A DNA stretch of 64,000 nt from an uncultured Pseudomonadales bacterium (GTDB taxonomy: Bacteria; Patescibacteriota; Microgenomatia; UBA1400; UBA1449). Under the pieces are notes generated by a model, which was given only the letters and a program-made list of their open reading frames with translations, ran no database searches and was not told the origin of the DNA. Of the stretch, positions 1-9,855 are shown piece by piece. Position numbers and translations under genes: made by a program. How positions within the stretch are numbered: position 1 is the first letter of the stretch; every line of letters starts with the position of its first letter. Location: NCBI GenBank assembly GCA_964386355.1, contig CAYLQQ010000003.1, forward strand, positions 69,880 to 133,879, in the 5' to 3' direction.

Positions 1-369
1 ATAGGAGCTCCCCTAAAAATAAAAAGCCTAAAGCCTGACACTCAAAAACCCCTCCCTCCTCAAAATAAAATACCGATATTTACGGAAGATCAGATGCCAC
101 CAACACCAGACTTACCAAATACAATTGTTGGGGCAGTAATGACTCCACAGGGACAACTTCTCCCAAATGCAATTATTGAAATATGCGACAACCACAATTT
201 GCCGGTACGCGCCATTAAATCAAATCGATTGGGGCAGTTTTTTATTGCCACACCATTAGCCAGTGGCACATACACAATGATAATCGAACACGAAACACAT
301 AGCTTTGATACAATTACCATTGAGGCGGCGGGCGGCATAATTGCCCCACTTAAAATAATTTCAAAATAA
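1..369 (+). CDS. Partial CDS (5' end outside window). C-terminal part of a protein with a carboxypeptidase-regulatory-like (CarboxypepD_reg) beta-sandwich repeat
   Basis: The frame is open from nt 1 through the listed ORF 94..369 with no stop. The motif G-A-V-x-TPQGQ-L-P-NA-I...G-FF appears, and APLKI(K/I)S occurs at both ends, indicating internal repeats. Confidence 0.35.
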   Translation: MGAPLKIKSLKPDTQKPLPPQNKIPIFTEDQMPPTPDLPNTIVGAVMTPQGQLLPNAIIEICDNHNLPVRAIKSNRLGQFFIATPLASGTYTMIIEHETHSFDTITIEAAGGIIAPLKIISK

Positions 370-376
370 ATTTGTT

Positions 377-1288
377 ATGGCCAGTTCAATAGTTCCCATA
401 CAGGCAAGCACTCAGGAGCATATAGATATTTTAGATATACTGGATGATATTGTGATCTCCAAGGATGGGTCTTGTTCTATGATCTTACAAGTAACAGCAA
501 TAAATTTTGATCTTCTTTCCCAAACCGAACAAGATGCCATCATCTACGCATACGCAGGATTATTAAATTCACTCACCTTCCCGATTCAAATTATGATCCG
601 CTCGGCAATCAAAGATGTTACTAACTATATTAATCTTATAAAACAACAGGAACAGAAACAAAAAAAACAGCTATTATTGGACCAGTTAAAACAATATCGA
701 AGCTTTGTTGAAACCCTCATTAAAGACAATCGCGTTCTTGATAAGCGCTTTTTTGTTGTGATTCCCTTTTCTAGTCTAGAACTGGGATTGACCCCCACGC
801 TCGCATCATCGTTTAATAAAACAAAAAAATTGCCATACCCCAAGCCATATATTTTAGAGAGGGCAAAAATGAACCTATATCCAAAACGCGACCACCTTAT
901 GAGACAGTTTGCCCGCCTAGGCCTTCAATGTCGACAACTAAATACTCAACAGCTTATTGAGTTGTTTTTTAGTATTTACAACGAAGAGTCTGTGGGTCAA
1001 CGCATAGGAACAAGCAAAGAATACAGTGCACCAATGGTCACAGCCAAACAGGTGGCCAACCCAAAATCAGTTCCCACAATACCCATCTCTCAAGCCCAGG
1101 TTTCGGCTCAAGCCCAACATGCAATACCCGTGACACAACCACGTCCAATCAGTATCGTAGCAGAAACCGCACATACCCCCTCCCCTGTAACCCCAATAAT
1201 CCAACCATCAGAACAAAACATAGCTAATCAATCTCGAGTTGTTTATCAACCAAAAGAAACATCTGGCATACCATACGCCCAAAATTAA
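377..1288 (+). CDS. Hypothetical protein, possibly T4SS-associated; no TM segment and a Q/P/T-rich C-terminus
   Basis: ORF of 303 aa immediately upstream of the VirB4-like ATPase, with a 4-nt gap. No recognisable motif. Confidence 0.3.
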   Translation: MASSIVPIQASTQEHIDILDILDDIVISKDGSCSMILQVTAINFDLLSQTEQDAIIYAYAGLLNSLTFPIQIMIRSAIKDVTNYINLIKQQEQKQKKQLLLDQLKQYRSFVETLIKDNRVLDKRFFVVIPFSSLELGLTPTLASSFNKTKKLPYPKPYILERAKMNLYPKRDHLMRQFARLGLQCRQLNTQQLIELFFSIYNEESVGQRIGTSKEYSAPMVTAKQVANPKSVPTIPISQAQVSAQAQHAIPVTQPRPISIVAETAHTPSPVTPIIQPSEQNIANQSRVVYQPKETSGIPYAQN

Positions 1289-1291
1289 CCT

Positions 1292-3145
1292 ATGTTGTTT
1301 AAACTACCAAAAAAAACCAGCTCAAAAAACCAAACCCAGAACACGGGACCTAACCCAAGGGCGGTAATTGCGCAAGGCCTTACAACTCTGGGTGATATTA
1401 TTGCACCCCCATCCATAGAGGTGGACTTCTCGCATTTAAAAATTGGCAGCCTATTATATAAAACACTATTTGTTGCCGGATATCCGCGCTTTGTAGACGC
1501 TAATTGGCTTTCCCCTCTTATTAATTTCGACTATCCATTATCAATTAGTATGTTTATTCACCCCACCGAAGGAAAGGGCGTACTCGAAGATTTGAAGAGA
1601 AAAATTGGCGAGATGGAGGCAGAGATTCAAACAGATCTCCAGTCTGGTAAAATCGCCAACATCTCCACACAAGTACAACTTGAAGATGCTCGGGCGCTAC
1701 AGGAACAGCTGGCAAAGGGAACGGAGCGGTTCTTTCAATATGGTCTATATGTTAGTTTCTCAGCTTCGAACGAAAAAGAGCTTGAAACCATCTCAAAACA
1801 GATCCAATCGACTCTGGGGGCTTTACTCATCGTTTCCAAGCCCACCACACTCCAAATGGAGGCAGGATTTAAAACAACACTCCCCCTGTGCCGAGACTAT
1901 GTCCAAATTAATAGAAACATGGATACAACCTCTCTTGCTAGCACATTTCCTTTCACCTCATCTGAGCTTACCGATAACAAGGGAATAATGTACGGCATAA
2001 ATGCACACAACGAATCCCTCATTGTTTTTGACAGATTTTCTCTTGAAAATGCTAATTCTGTGGTATTTGCTAAATCTGGAGCAGGCAAATCATATTTTGT
2101 TAAACTAGAGGCCTTACGCTCAATGTTTTTTGACACAGAAGTAATTGTTATTGATCCTGAATCTGAGTACAATAATCTGTGCCAAGTGGTTGGTGGTGAC
2201 CGAATCACCTTTTCATTTAGCTCGCCGGTTCGTATTAACCCATTTGATCTTTCCCAGGTATACGAAGAGGGAGAAAATGAGCTTGGTTTAAAAATTCTCT
2301 CACTACATTCTCTTTTTAAGATCATAATGGGGCAGCTTGACCCAATGGAAGATGCTATTTTGGACCGAGCGCTTGTATCCACCTATAAACAGAAGGGTAT
2401 CACCCCGGAACCTAGAACCCAAAAAAATCCCCCACCTCTTATAGAAGATCTTTACAAGGTATTGATTGGCATGGAAGAGGAAAAATCAGCTTCGCTTGCT
2501 GCTCGCCTGGAAAAATATGTCAAGGGATCGTTGAGGGGCATTATTGACCAACCCTCAAATATCGACCTGCAAAATCAATTTACTGTTTTTGATATAAAAG
2601 ACCTAAGCAATGAGATGCGCCCCTTGGCAATGTATGTGATTTTGGATTTTATCTGGACCAAGATAAAAAAAGATCTTAAACGGCGAATACTTATCGTTGA
2701 CGAGGCCTGGTATCTGATGCAACACCCTGATTCTGCTCTATTTTTGTATGGCATTGCAAAAAGGGCGCGCAAATACTATCTTGGCGTTACTACAATAACT
2801 CAGGATGTTGAAGATTTCTTGGGCACAGACATGGGAAAAGCCATAGTCACAAACTCATCCATCCAAATTCTCCTCAAACAATCTTCAGCAGCTATTGAGC
2901 GCCTAGGGAAGGTTTTTTATCTTTCACAGGGAGAAAAAAACCTACTATTGTCGGCGGGTGTTGGAGAGGGTTTGTTTTTTGCTGGCGCTAACCATGTTGC
3001 AATGCGCATCATTGCCTCACCCCAAGAACACAAACTCATCACATCAAACCCCGCAGAACTCCTAGCTATGAAACAGCAGGCTATGGCAGCATCACAGCAA
3101 CTTCCGGGTGGGGTTCAGTCTGTATTGAGCGAGCTTGGCTACTAA
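1292..3145 (+). CDS. VirB4/TrbE/CagE-like type IV secretion/conjugation ATPase
   Basis: Walker A VVFAKSGAGKSYF, Walker B ILIVDEAWYLM, and overall length and layout typical of VirB4-family ATPases. Confidence 0.6.
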   Translation: MLFKLPKKTSSKNQTQNTGPNPRAVIAQGLTTLGDIIAPPSIEVDFSHLKIGSLLYKTLFVAGYPRFVDANWLSPLINFDYPLSISMFIHPTEGKGVLEDLKRKIGEMEAEIQTDLQSGKIANISTQVQLEDARALQEQLAKGTERFFQYGLYVSFSASNEKELETISKQIQSTLGALLIVSKPTTLQMEAGFKTTLPLCRDYVQINRNMDTTSLASTFPFTSSELTDNKGIMYGINAHNESLIVFDRFSLENANSVVFAKSGAGKSYFVKLEALRSMFFDTEVIVIDPESEYNNLCQVVGGDRITFSFSSPVRINPFDLSQVYEEGENELGLKILSLHSLFKIIMGQLDPMEDAILDRALVSTYKQKGITPEPRTQKNPPPLIEDLYKVLIGMEEEKSASLAARLEKYVKGSLRGIIDQPSNIDLQNQFTVFDIKDLSNEMRPLAMYVILDFIWTKIKKDLKRRILIVDEAWYLMQHPDSALFLYGIAKRARKYYLGVTTITQDVEDFLGTDMGKAIVTNSSIQILLKQSSAAIERLGKVFYLSQGEKNLLLSAGVGEGLFFAGANHVAMRIIASPQEHKLITSNPAELLAMKQQAMAASQQLPGGVQSVLSELGY

Positions 3146-3157
3146 ACATTTTTGGGG

Positions 3158-4267
3158 CTATATTTTCACCGGCATAATTATGTGTAAAGATGTAGTGCTT
3201 TTATTGTCTGAAAACTGCACGGGCGCCAAAGGACCATTACAAGCCATAACAATTTCATCCCCCACGGCTGACTTAACGTACTCCATTAAATATCTATAAT
3301 TAAAGGCAACGGAAAGTGGGTCGCCTTCAACAATTGCATCAACACTTGTTTCTGCTGACCCCCCTACCCCCTCTTTTGTAAAAAATCTTATTGCCTTGTT
3401 TTGAATTTCACACTGCACAATATTGGCTGACTGCCTGGCAAACAATGACACTTGTTTTATTGCCTGGGCGAGATCCCCCTTGTCGAGACGAACAGTCACG
3501 GAGGCTCCGGTGGGTAGTATCTTTTCAAATGGTGGAAAGTCACCCTGGATAAGCCGAATGTAAAACACTCGATCAGAGCCGATGAACCATACCCGACCAC
3601 CCTTTTTATCATAAGAGATTAAAATATCAGACTCACCGCCCCAATTTCGCAACAAACTAGCCAGGGGTTTGTATGGCACCAGCAAAATATCCTCCATCCC
3701 CTTGTCAAGCCGAACAGATGATAGGCTTAGCCTATACCCATCGCTGCCCACAATTTGCATACCCAACCCTTCTCTATATCTCATCAATACTCCTGCAAGA
3801 ACCGGTCGTGACTCGTCGGTTGCGACTGCTATAGACGCCCATTTTATGGCGAAAAGAAATTCCACTACCCCAATTTTGATAGCTCCGTTCTCCCGAGGCA
3901 TTTCCATGACGGGATACTCACTTAACTCAACCGTAGACATGGTGGCTCGACTTTTGCCGCTTTGTATTAAAAGCTTCCCCCTTTCTTCAAAGTCCAACTC
4001 AATCATTCCCCCTGGTAGTGTTGAAATGTATTCAGACAATGTCTGTGGGTTAATATACAGTTCTCCTTGCCCAACGATCTCCCCCTCCATCCACACCACC
4101 ACACCAGAGACTGAGTCACATGCCTCAACCTTTAATTGCCCCTCCCCCCACATAAGTCGTAAGGAAGAAAAAACCGGGTTAGATACATTGCCCTTAACAC
4201 AGCTCAGGGCTATGTTTATTGCATGTAAAAACTTGGATTGTTCAACAGTTGCTTTTTGTTTGCTCAT
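3158..4267 (-). CDS. dnaN: DNA polymerase III beta sliding clamp
   Basis: 369 aa. Immediately downstream of dnaA on the same strand. Three-domain clamp-like sequence with an N-terminus typical of DnaN. Confidence 0.85.
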   Translation of the reverse strand: MSKQKATVEQSKFLHAINIALSCVKGNVSNPVFSSLRLMWGEGQLKVEACDSVSGVVVWMEGEIVGQGELYINPQTLSEYISTLPGGMIELDFEERGKLLIQSGKSRATMSTVELSEYPVMEMPRENGAIKIGVVEFLFAIKWASIAVATDESRPVLAGVLMRYREGLGMQIVGSDGYRLSLSSVRLDKGMEDILLVPYKPLASLLRNWGGESDILISYDKKGGRVWFIGSDRVFYIRLIQGDFPPFEKILPTGASVTVRLDKGDLAQAIKQVSLFARQSANIVQCEIQNKAIRFFTKEGVGGSAETSVDAIVEGDPLSVAFNYRYLMEYVKSAVGDEIVMACNGPLAPVQFSDNKSTTSLHIIMPVKI

Positions 4268-4492
4268 ACGTTTTCAGTTGTATCAGATATTACTATTTTT
4301 TCAATACGCTGTAGTAGTAGGTATGGTGGATATGTGGAAAGGTTGGCACATATATGATTAGTGTGGGTGTGGATTGGGTGTGGTGTTTGTTGTTGGTAAT
4401 TTGGTCGCGCTGTGTATTGTTGAGATTGTCGGGGCGAATCATGTGTTTAGTGTGCGGACAGTTTCGTTTGTTATCAACAGCTTATCCACAAA
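4268..4492. promoter_or_regulatory. Candidate oriC segment / DnaA-box cluster between dnaA and dnaN
   Basis: TTATCCACA at 4482-4490 and TTATCAACA at 4471-4479. Several inverted near-boxes (GTGGATAT, TGTGGAAA, TGTGGATTG) at 4325-4372. AT-rich stretch at 4268-4330. Confidence 0.5.
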
Positions 4493-5875
4493 CTATCCAT
4501 ACATTTCTTTGCGAAGTGTGGATATCTCCATCTGGAGCTTAGGGGAGACACTAATAATTTTTGCAACCTTTTCCACAGCATGCATAACTGTTGTATGGTC
4601 TCTGCCCCCAAACATACGGCCGATTTCCATAAACGACACACCAAGGTCGTTTTTGAGGAGATACATTGCGTATTGGCGGGGAGTGACAATAGGCTTGGAT
4701 CTTCTGGGGCCAATAAGAGCCTGGGTTGGTATATCATAGTATTTTGACACTACCCTTACAACCTCCTTGGGGTTTATGTACGTTTTTGGTTTTGAAAGAC
4801 CATCTGTCGCTTCCTTTTTTAACATTTTTAATATCATTGGTCTTGATATGGGTTCTTTTGTAAATGTGCTTGTGGCAGAAAGTTTTGTTAAAAACCCCTG
4901 AAGCATCCGAGTTGAGGTTATTTCTGAGGCTATTTCCTGTGCCAGGTCCATGGGTAGGTTTATATCCATTTGTTTTGATTTGATAAGTAAAATAGCCGTT
5001 CTTAGTTCAAAATTTGGTTGTTGAATATCAATAATAAGTCCTTCCTCAAACCGCGAACGCAACCTGTCTTCTAAAAGTTGTATTTCCGAGGGTGGTCGGT
5101 CAGAGGTGAGAATGATTTGTCCCCCACTGGATTGTATGGCATTAAACGTATGAAAAAACTCTTCCTGAACTGTATTTTTCCCGGCGATAAACTGAATATC
5201 ATCAATAAGCAATCCGTCTACATGGCGATATTTGTTTCTAAACTGGGGAGTTCGCTTGTTTCGAATTGCCTCAATGATTTCGTTTGTAAAATGTTCTCCG
5301 GGACAGTAAATGAGCTTAAATTCTGGGTTGCGCTCTAGAATCCGTATCCCTATTGCCTGCATAAGGTGGGTTTTGCCAACACCCACATCGCCATATAAAA
5401 ATAATGGGTTATATGACGTCCCTGGATTTTTGGCTACAGCTGTAGCGGCTGCATACGCAACTTCATTGGTTGGAGAAACGGCAAAATTCTCAAAGGTGTG
5501 AGTGGTACGCAAGCCCGATCTTCGGATTGAGTTTTCTACGAGAGATTCTTGTTTTTGTTGATTAACAAATTCTTGCGTTTCTTGGCTAAAAAGATCTGGA
5601 ATTGTAGTTTTTGCTTGCTGGCTTGCGATCTGAAACGACACACTTACGGATTCTCGTAGAAGATTGCTAATGGTGGTGGTGACAAGCTCTAGGTGGTTTT
5701 TTGTCAAATAATCCTGAACAAAAATATTTGGACAGGATATAATGATTGTTGTATCGGCGTCTGTTTTTTTTATTTCCTGGATGTGGGTTTTTGCAAAATA
5801 CAAATTGAAATGGGAAAACGATATGTTTGGCTTTAGCTGTTCGAGTGTATTTGTCCAGAGGTTTTCTGTATTCAT
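4493..5875 (-). CDS. dnaA: Chromosomal replication initiator DnaA
   Basis: Walker A GDVGVGKTHL. C-terminal DnaA DNA-binding helix-turn-helix ...TPRQYAMYLLKNDLGVSFMEIGRMFGGRDHTTVMHA. Confidence 0.9.
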   Translation of the reverse strand: MNTENLWTNTLEQLKPNISFSHFNLYFAKTHIQEIKKTDADTTIIISCPNIFVQDYLTKNHLELVTTTISNLLRESVSVSFQIASQQAKTTIPDLFSQETQEFVNQQKQESLVENSIRRSGLRTTHTFENFAVSPTNEVAYAAATAVAKNPGTSYNPLFLYGDVGVGKTHLMQAIGIRILERNPEFKLIYCPGEHFTNEIIEAIRNKRTPQFRNKYRHVDGLLIDDIQFIAGKNTVQEEFFHTFNAIQSSGGQIILTSDRPPSEIQLLEDRLRSRFEEGLIIDIQQPNFELRTAILLIKSKQMDINLPMDLAQEIASEITSTRMLQGFLTKLSATSTFTKEPISRPMILKMLKKEATDGLSKPKTYINPKEVVRVVSKYYDIPTQALIGPRRSKPIVTPRQYAMYLLKNDLGVSFMEIGRMFGGRDHTTVMHAVEKVAKIISVSPKLQMEISTLRKEMYG

Positions 5876-6017
5876 ATTTCAAGTGTAATGTTGGCTGGCG
5901 CCTTAGATTAGCAAGTTATCCACACTGCGTCAAGTATTGGGGGGCTACGATACACTATTGGATTTGGTATTCGGCCGTGGTATGATATCTCCCTGTAATT
6001 AAGTACATTTATTGCCT
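5876..6017. promoter_or_regulatory. dnaA upstream region with a perfect DnaA box; second oriC candidate and dnaA/rpmH promoters
   Basis: TTATCCACA at 5916-5924. Divergent intergenic region between dnaA (-) and rpmH (+). Confidence 0.4.
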
Positions 6018-6182
6018 ATGTCAATGTCAAAGAGAATGTATCAGCCTAAGAAAAAGAAGCGAATTAGGACGCATGGATTTTTGTTGCGCATGCTTACAAA
6101 ACATGGTCAAGATGTCATAAGGCGCCGCAGGCAAAAAGGCCGGAAAAAACTAACTGTAGTCAAGAAGTTGTGGCATGACTAG
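6018..6182 (+). CDS. rpmH: 50S ribosomal protein L34 (small ORF absent from the ORF track)
   Basis: Translation [54 protein letters not shown] matches the L34 consensus (M.RTYQP.K.KR.RTHGFR.RM.T..GR.VL.RRR.KGR..L). Overlaps the rnpA start as in the canonical rpmH-rnpA arrangement. An alternative start is the ATG at 6024. Confidence 0.8.
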   Translation: MSMSKRMYQPKKKKRIRTHGFLLRMLTKHGQDVIRRRRQKGRKKLTVVKKLWHD

Positions 6183-6498
6183 AAAGTCCAGGTTGTCCAC
6201 AAATCTAATTCCAATCCTTTTTCAAAGGGGCTTGCGGAAGCATTATCCACTTTTTCGTGCCCATATTTTAAAAGGAACTGGAGATGGGGTATGTGTAGTT
6301 GTTCCCAATCATATTGGATCAGCGGTTAAGAGAAATCGAACAAAACGTCGCCTCTTGTCAGCTCTATCACAGTATGTACGCAATAGTACAAAAGAAACCG
6401 CTATTGTGGTTGTTGCAAATAAAAATGTACTTTATAGTAAGTTTGACGAGCTGGTAGCTAGTTGTTTACAGCTTGATAAAACACTTAAATCATTATGA
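6175..6498 (+). CDS. rnpA: Ribonuclease P protein component
   Basis: 107 aa, basic, with the RNR-like motif KRNRTKRRL. Follows rpmH and precedes yidC. Confidence 0.8.
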   Translation: MTRKSRLSTNLIPILFQRGLRKHYPLFRAHILKGTGDGVCVVVPNHIGSAVKRNRTKRRLLSALSQYVRNSTKETAIVVVANKNVLYSKFDELVASCLQLDKTLKSL

Positions 6499-7307
6499 AT
6501 CTTTGGCATATATTTTTATTTCAACCCCTAGTAAACATTTTGCTCTTCATGTATCAGGCACTGGGTGAGAATTTGGGGATTGCAATAATTGCAACTACAA
6601 TCCTAGTGAGACTATTGCTTATTCCGCTTACTTCTCCCGGAATGAAATCTGCTGCAAAAATGCAAGAGTTAAGGCCAGAGCTAGAAAAACTTAAGGTAAA
6701 ACATGGCAAAGACAAGCAGGCCCTTGCCCAAGCACAGCTTGAGTTATATAAAAAAAACAACATTAATCCTTTTGGAAGCCTACTCCCCACGATTCTTCAA
6801 TTTATATTACTTATTGCCATGTTCCAAGCATTTACTAGTGCGCTTAAACCTGGTCAGGCAATAGGGGAGATTAATAGCATGTTATATTCTTTTATTAGGT
6901 TGCCGGAAAACACTACGATAAATACGCAATTTTTATATTTAGATGTAACAAAACCAGATGTATTTGCTTTGCCAACCCCCCTGGTATTAGGCCCGTTGGT
7001 AATATCTGTTGTTCCTGGAATTTTTTTAATCGGCTCAGCTTTGGTGCAGTACTTGTCTACCAAGCTAATGCTGAAAGCTGGCGCAAAACAACAGGTTAAA
7101 AAATCCACAGGCGAAAATTCTGGTCCCGAAGATATGATGGTTACAATGCAAAAACAGATGATGGTTATTGGACCCATTATGACGCTTGTTATTGGATTCA
7201 ATTTTCCATCAGGCATGGTATTGTATTGGTTTGTAATTTCTCTGACTATGGTGGTTCAGCAGTTGTATATGCAGAGACAAAATAAGGCTGAACTTGAGCA
7301 AAAATAA
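6495..7307 (+). CDS. yidC: Membrane protein insertase YidC/Oxa1 (short form)
   Basis: 270 aa with multiple TM segments. The motif LRLLLIPLT...KMQELRPELEKLK...PFGSLLP is typical of short YidC. Conserved position after rnpA. Confidence 0.85.
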   Translation: MNLWHIFLFQPLVNILLFMYQALGENLGIAIIATTILVRLLLIPLTSPGMKSAAKMQELRPELEKLKVKHGKDKQALAQAQLELYKKNNINPFGSLLPTILQFILLIAMFQAFTSALKPGQAIGEINSMLYSFIRLPENTTINTQFLYLDVTKPDVFALPTPLVLGPLVISVVPGIFLIGSALVQYLSTKLMLKAGAKQQVKKSTGENSGPEDMMVTMQKQMMVIGPIMTLVIGFNFPSGMVLYWFVISLTMVVQQLYMQRQNKAELEQK

Positions 7308-7351
7308 TTTGTTTAAATAATTATAAATTCTCTTGTGGCTGTAAGCCCCAA

Positions 7352-7813
7352 TTGATTCAAAATATGGAGCATATTCAAGATGAAATACTGAGCGTGACTA
7401 AAGAACTTTTATCATTTCTTGAATATGATTGTTCGGTAGATATTATTACAGAAGGGGATGGATATTTAGTTCAGGTTAATACGGAGGATACTGGGGTATT
7501 AATAGGATATCACGGTCAAACGTTATCGGCATTACAAACTATTTTGGGGCACGCTCTTTATAAGCGGACTGGTCAGTGGTTAAAAATAACCTTAAATGTC
7601 AGTGATTACTGGCAAAAACGGCAAGAACAGCTCGAAAATATGGCTAAAAGAGCCGTTGAAGAGGTGTTGCATACCCATACCTCGTATACGCTACCCTATT
7701 TAAACGCAAAAGAAAGACGCCACATTCATATGATTCTTTCAGATGAGCCTGGTATAAAAACAGAATCGGTGGGTGAGGGTAGGGAGCGGCGGTTGGTTGT
7801 CTTTCCCCAATAA
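7352..7813 (+). CDS. jag: Jag/KhpB-like RNA-binding protein (KH + R3H)
   Basis: R3H-like C-terminus (KERRHIHMIL...PGIKTESVGEG..RRLVVFP). Conserved position downstream of yidC. Confidence 0.7.
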   Translation: MIQNMEHIQDEILSVTKELLSFLEYDCSVDIITEGDGYLVQVNTEDTGVLIGYHGQTLSALQTILGHALYKRTGQWLKITLNVSDYWQKRQEQLENMAKRAVEEVLHTHTSYTLPYLNAKERRHIHMILSDEPGIKTESVGEGRERRLVVFPQ

Positions 7814-7857
7814 TAAACTGCTGTTAGCTTGTGGCGCCATAAGATATACTTAAGATT

Positions 7858-9090
7858 ATGGGTTCGCGACACAGTCTTATACTTCTCAAAATTTTTCAAG
7901 TAGTTTTTTTGAGCCTTTTACCTCTTCAGCTTGGTTTACGGTTTTGGCAGGACAACTTACTATTAAGAGGCTATAGAATAGATTATTTAAGTGCATTCAT
8001 ATATCCAGCCGATTTGGTGGCTTTTGTTGCGGCAATATTTATCGGTATATGGTTTAGGGAAGTATGTATTAATAGTTTTGTTGGTAAACTGGCCATGGTA
8101 TTGTTTGTGTGGAATATAGTGCAATTATTGTGGATAGACCAATGGTTAACACACCTTTTTTGGTCCTTTAGATTGTTTTTTGGATTACTGTTGGTAGCCT
8201 CTTTTAAATATACTTTTTTTGAAATAAAAAATTACATTTTAAAAATTTTAATCATACAAATTATATGTATTGCACTTATATCTATTCTTCAAGTATTTAG
8301 CTCTGGCTCGGTAGGTGGAATGTTGCATTTTATTGGAGAAAGGAGATTTACAACAAGTACCCCCGGTATAGCAACTCAGTCAATCATGGGGACAGTTTTG
8401 CTGAGACCGTATGCAATGTTTTCACATCCAAACACCATGGCTGCTTACGTTTTTGTTAGCATGCTTATCATCCACCTAATTACCCAAAAATATAAAATAA
8501 CTAAGTCGACCAAATTGGTATATGTAATAGGAACAGTATTGCTACTTGTCAGCGCATCTCATACGGTCTGGTTAGCTGCTTTAGTCTATATTTTGATCTG
8601 CTTAACAGTATGTAAAAGTAGTAAAAAAGTAAAACATGTTATTGTTTCTTTGTTTTTGCTGTTTTTAGTATTATCTCCATTAATACTCATGTATTTCCCC
8701 ATACAAACCTATGATTTTGTTTCAAGAACAAAAATTATTACATCTCTACAGCTTAACTTCTTGGATTTATTGGTTGGGGTAGGGTGGTTTGGAAGTATTC
8801 TGCATCACATTGATACTATTTCAATACACACACTTCAACCTATCCATAATGCTCTGTGGGAATGTATTGTATCAATTGGAGTGGCTCCAGTACTAATGTT
8901 CTGTGTCCTTATTTTATTAAAAAAAGTTTTATATACTAGTTTCTTTAACAAACAAGCGTACTTAATTGTTTTGCCACTATGTATTATGGCCTCATTGGAC
9001 CATTACTTTATAACCCAACCCCAGACTTTGTATGTTTTGTTGGTTGCGGTTGGAGTAGTAATTAATGTAAAAGAAACTGAAAAAGTTTAA
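7858..9090 (+). CDS. Polytopic membrane protein (about 11 TM); possibly an O-antigen ligase/polymerase-like protein
   Basis: Hydrophobicity pattern only; no catalytic motif recognised. Confidence 0.3.
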   Translation: MGSRHSLILLKIFQVVFLSLLPLQLGLRFWQDNLLLRGYRIDYLSAFIYPADLVAFVAAIFIGIWFREVCINSFVGKLAMVLFVWNIVQLLWIDQWLTHLFWSFRLFFGLLLVASFKYTFFEIKNYILKILIIQIICIALISILQVFSSGSVGGMLHFIGERRFTTSTPGIATQSIMGTVLLRPYAMFSHPNTMAAYVFVSMLIIHLITQKYKITKSTKLVYVIGTVLLLVSASHTVWLAALVYILICLTVCKSSKKVKHVIVSLFLLFLVLSPLILMYFPIQTYDFVSRTKIITSLQLNFLDLLVGVGWFGSILHHIDTISIHTLQPIHNALWECIVSIGVAPVLMFCVLILLKKVLYTSFFNKQAYLIVLPLCIMASLDHYFITQPQTLYVLLVAVGVVINVKETEKV

Positions 9091-9325
9091 CCTACGTGCT
9101 AGCATTGATTGAGATTTACTGTTTTTACATTAGGTTTATAAGTTGAGAGTATGAAGCATACATATTTTCTCTTTAAACTCAAATATGTATACTCTTTAAA
9201 AGTAGTAGTTAAGAATATGGTAAGACGTGAAAGTTTTTGGTTGAAATGGCTCCGAATCTGTTACTCTAAAGATAAGAATTATAATTGATAACCATACTAA
9301 TGTTATTAAACCTATAGTATATAAT

Positions 9326-9757
9326 ATGAGTATAAATGATATAAATAACATAATCATACACAGTGATGGAGGTTCAAGGGGTAATCCCGGACCTTCAGCG
9401 ATAGGATATGTAATTGAACAAAATGGACAGAAAGATACTGAAGAATCTCGTTGTATTGGTTTGGCGACAAACAATGAGGCAGAGCATATCGCCATACAGG
9501 AGGCCCTTAGGTATGTATCAGACAATGGGAGCCTAAAAGCAGAAGTAGATTGTTTCCTTGATTCTGAACTAGTTGTTCGTCAGTTACAGGGTATATATAA
9601 AATTAAAAATGAACGTTTACGTGCAATAGCAGAAAATACATTTAAAATAATCCAAGACATGAAAAATAGGGGCTTTATAGTCCGTTTTACATCAGTTAAG
9701 CGAGAGTATAACGCAAGAGCTGATAGCATGGTTAATAAAGCACTTGATTCTCAATAA
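9326..9757 (+). CDS. rnhA: Ribonuclease HI
   Basis: HSDGGSRGNPGPSAIGYVI, NNEAEHIAIQEAL and ARADSMVNKALD correspond to the RNase H catalytic DEDD-type residues. Confidence 0.8.
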   Translation: MSINDINNIIIHSDGGSRGNPGPSAIGYVIEQNGQKDTEESRCIGLATNNEAEHIAIQEALRYVSDNGSLKAEVDCFLDSELVVRQLQGIYKIKNERLRAIAENTFKIIQDMKNRGFIVRFTSVKREYNARADSMVNKALDSQ

Positions 9758-9855
9758 TCAACTCCATTCCCTTATATTAAAAACAGTTCTTTGATAAAAA
9801 TCGAAGTTTTGTTCTGTTTAAGCTACAATAAGGACATTAGATACTAAATCTGCTC

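Noticed and set aside
1605-2772. ORFs 1605..1988(+), 1897..2382(-) and 2575..2772(-)
   Set aside because: They lie inside or opposite the VirB4-like gene in alternative frames and have no motifs.
4354-4739. ORFs 4354..4542(+), 4374..4739(+) and 4474..4737(-)
   Set aside because: They fall in the DnaA-box-rich dnaN-dnaA spacer and opposite the dnaA C-terminus; composition-driven artefacts.
9156-9192. AT-rich inverted repeat atacatattt-n12-aaatatgtat between the membrane-protein gene and rnhA
   Set aside because: It is a short AT-only stem in a very AT-rich spacer with no flanking T-run or recognisable motif. It could be a weak terminator, but I could not support a call.
9196-9525. Minus-strand 109-aa ORF
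   Set aside because: It overlaps the well-supported rnhA gene on the other strand and an AT-rich intergenic region; it is a hydrophobic low-complexity translation.
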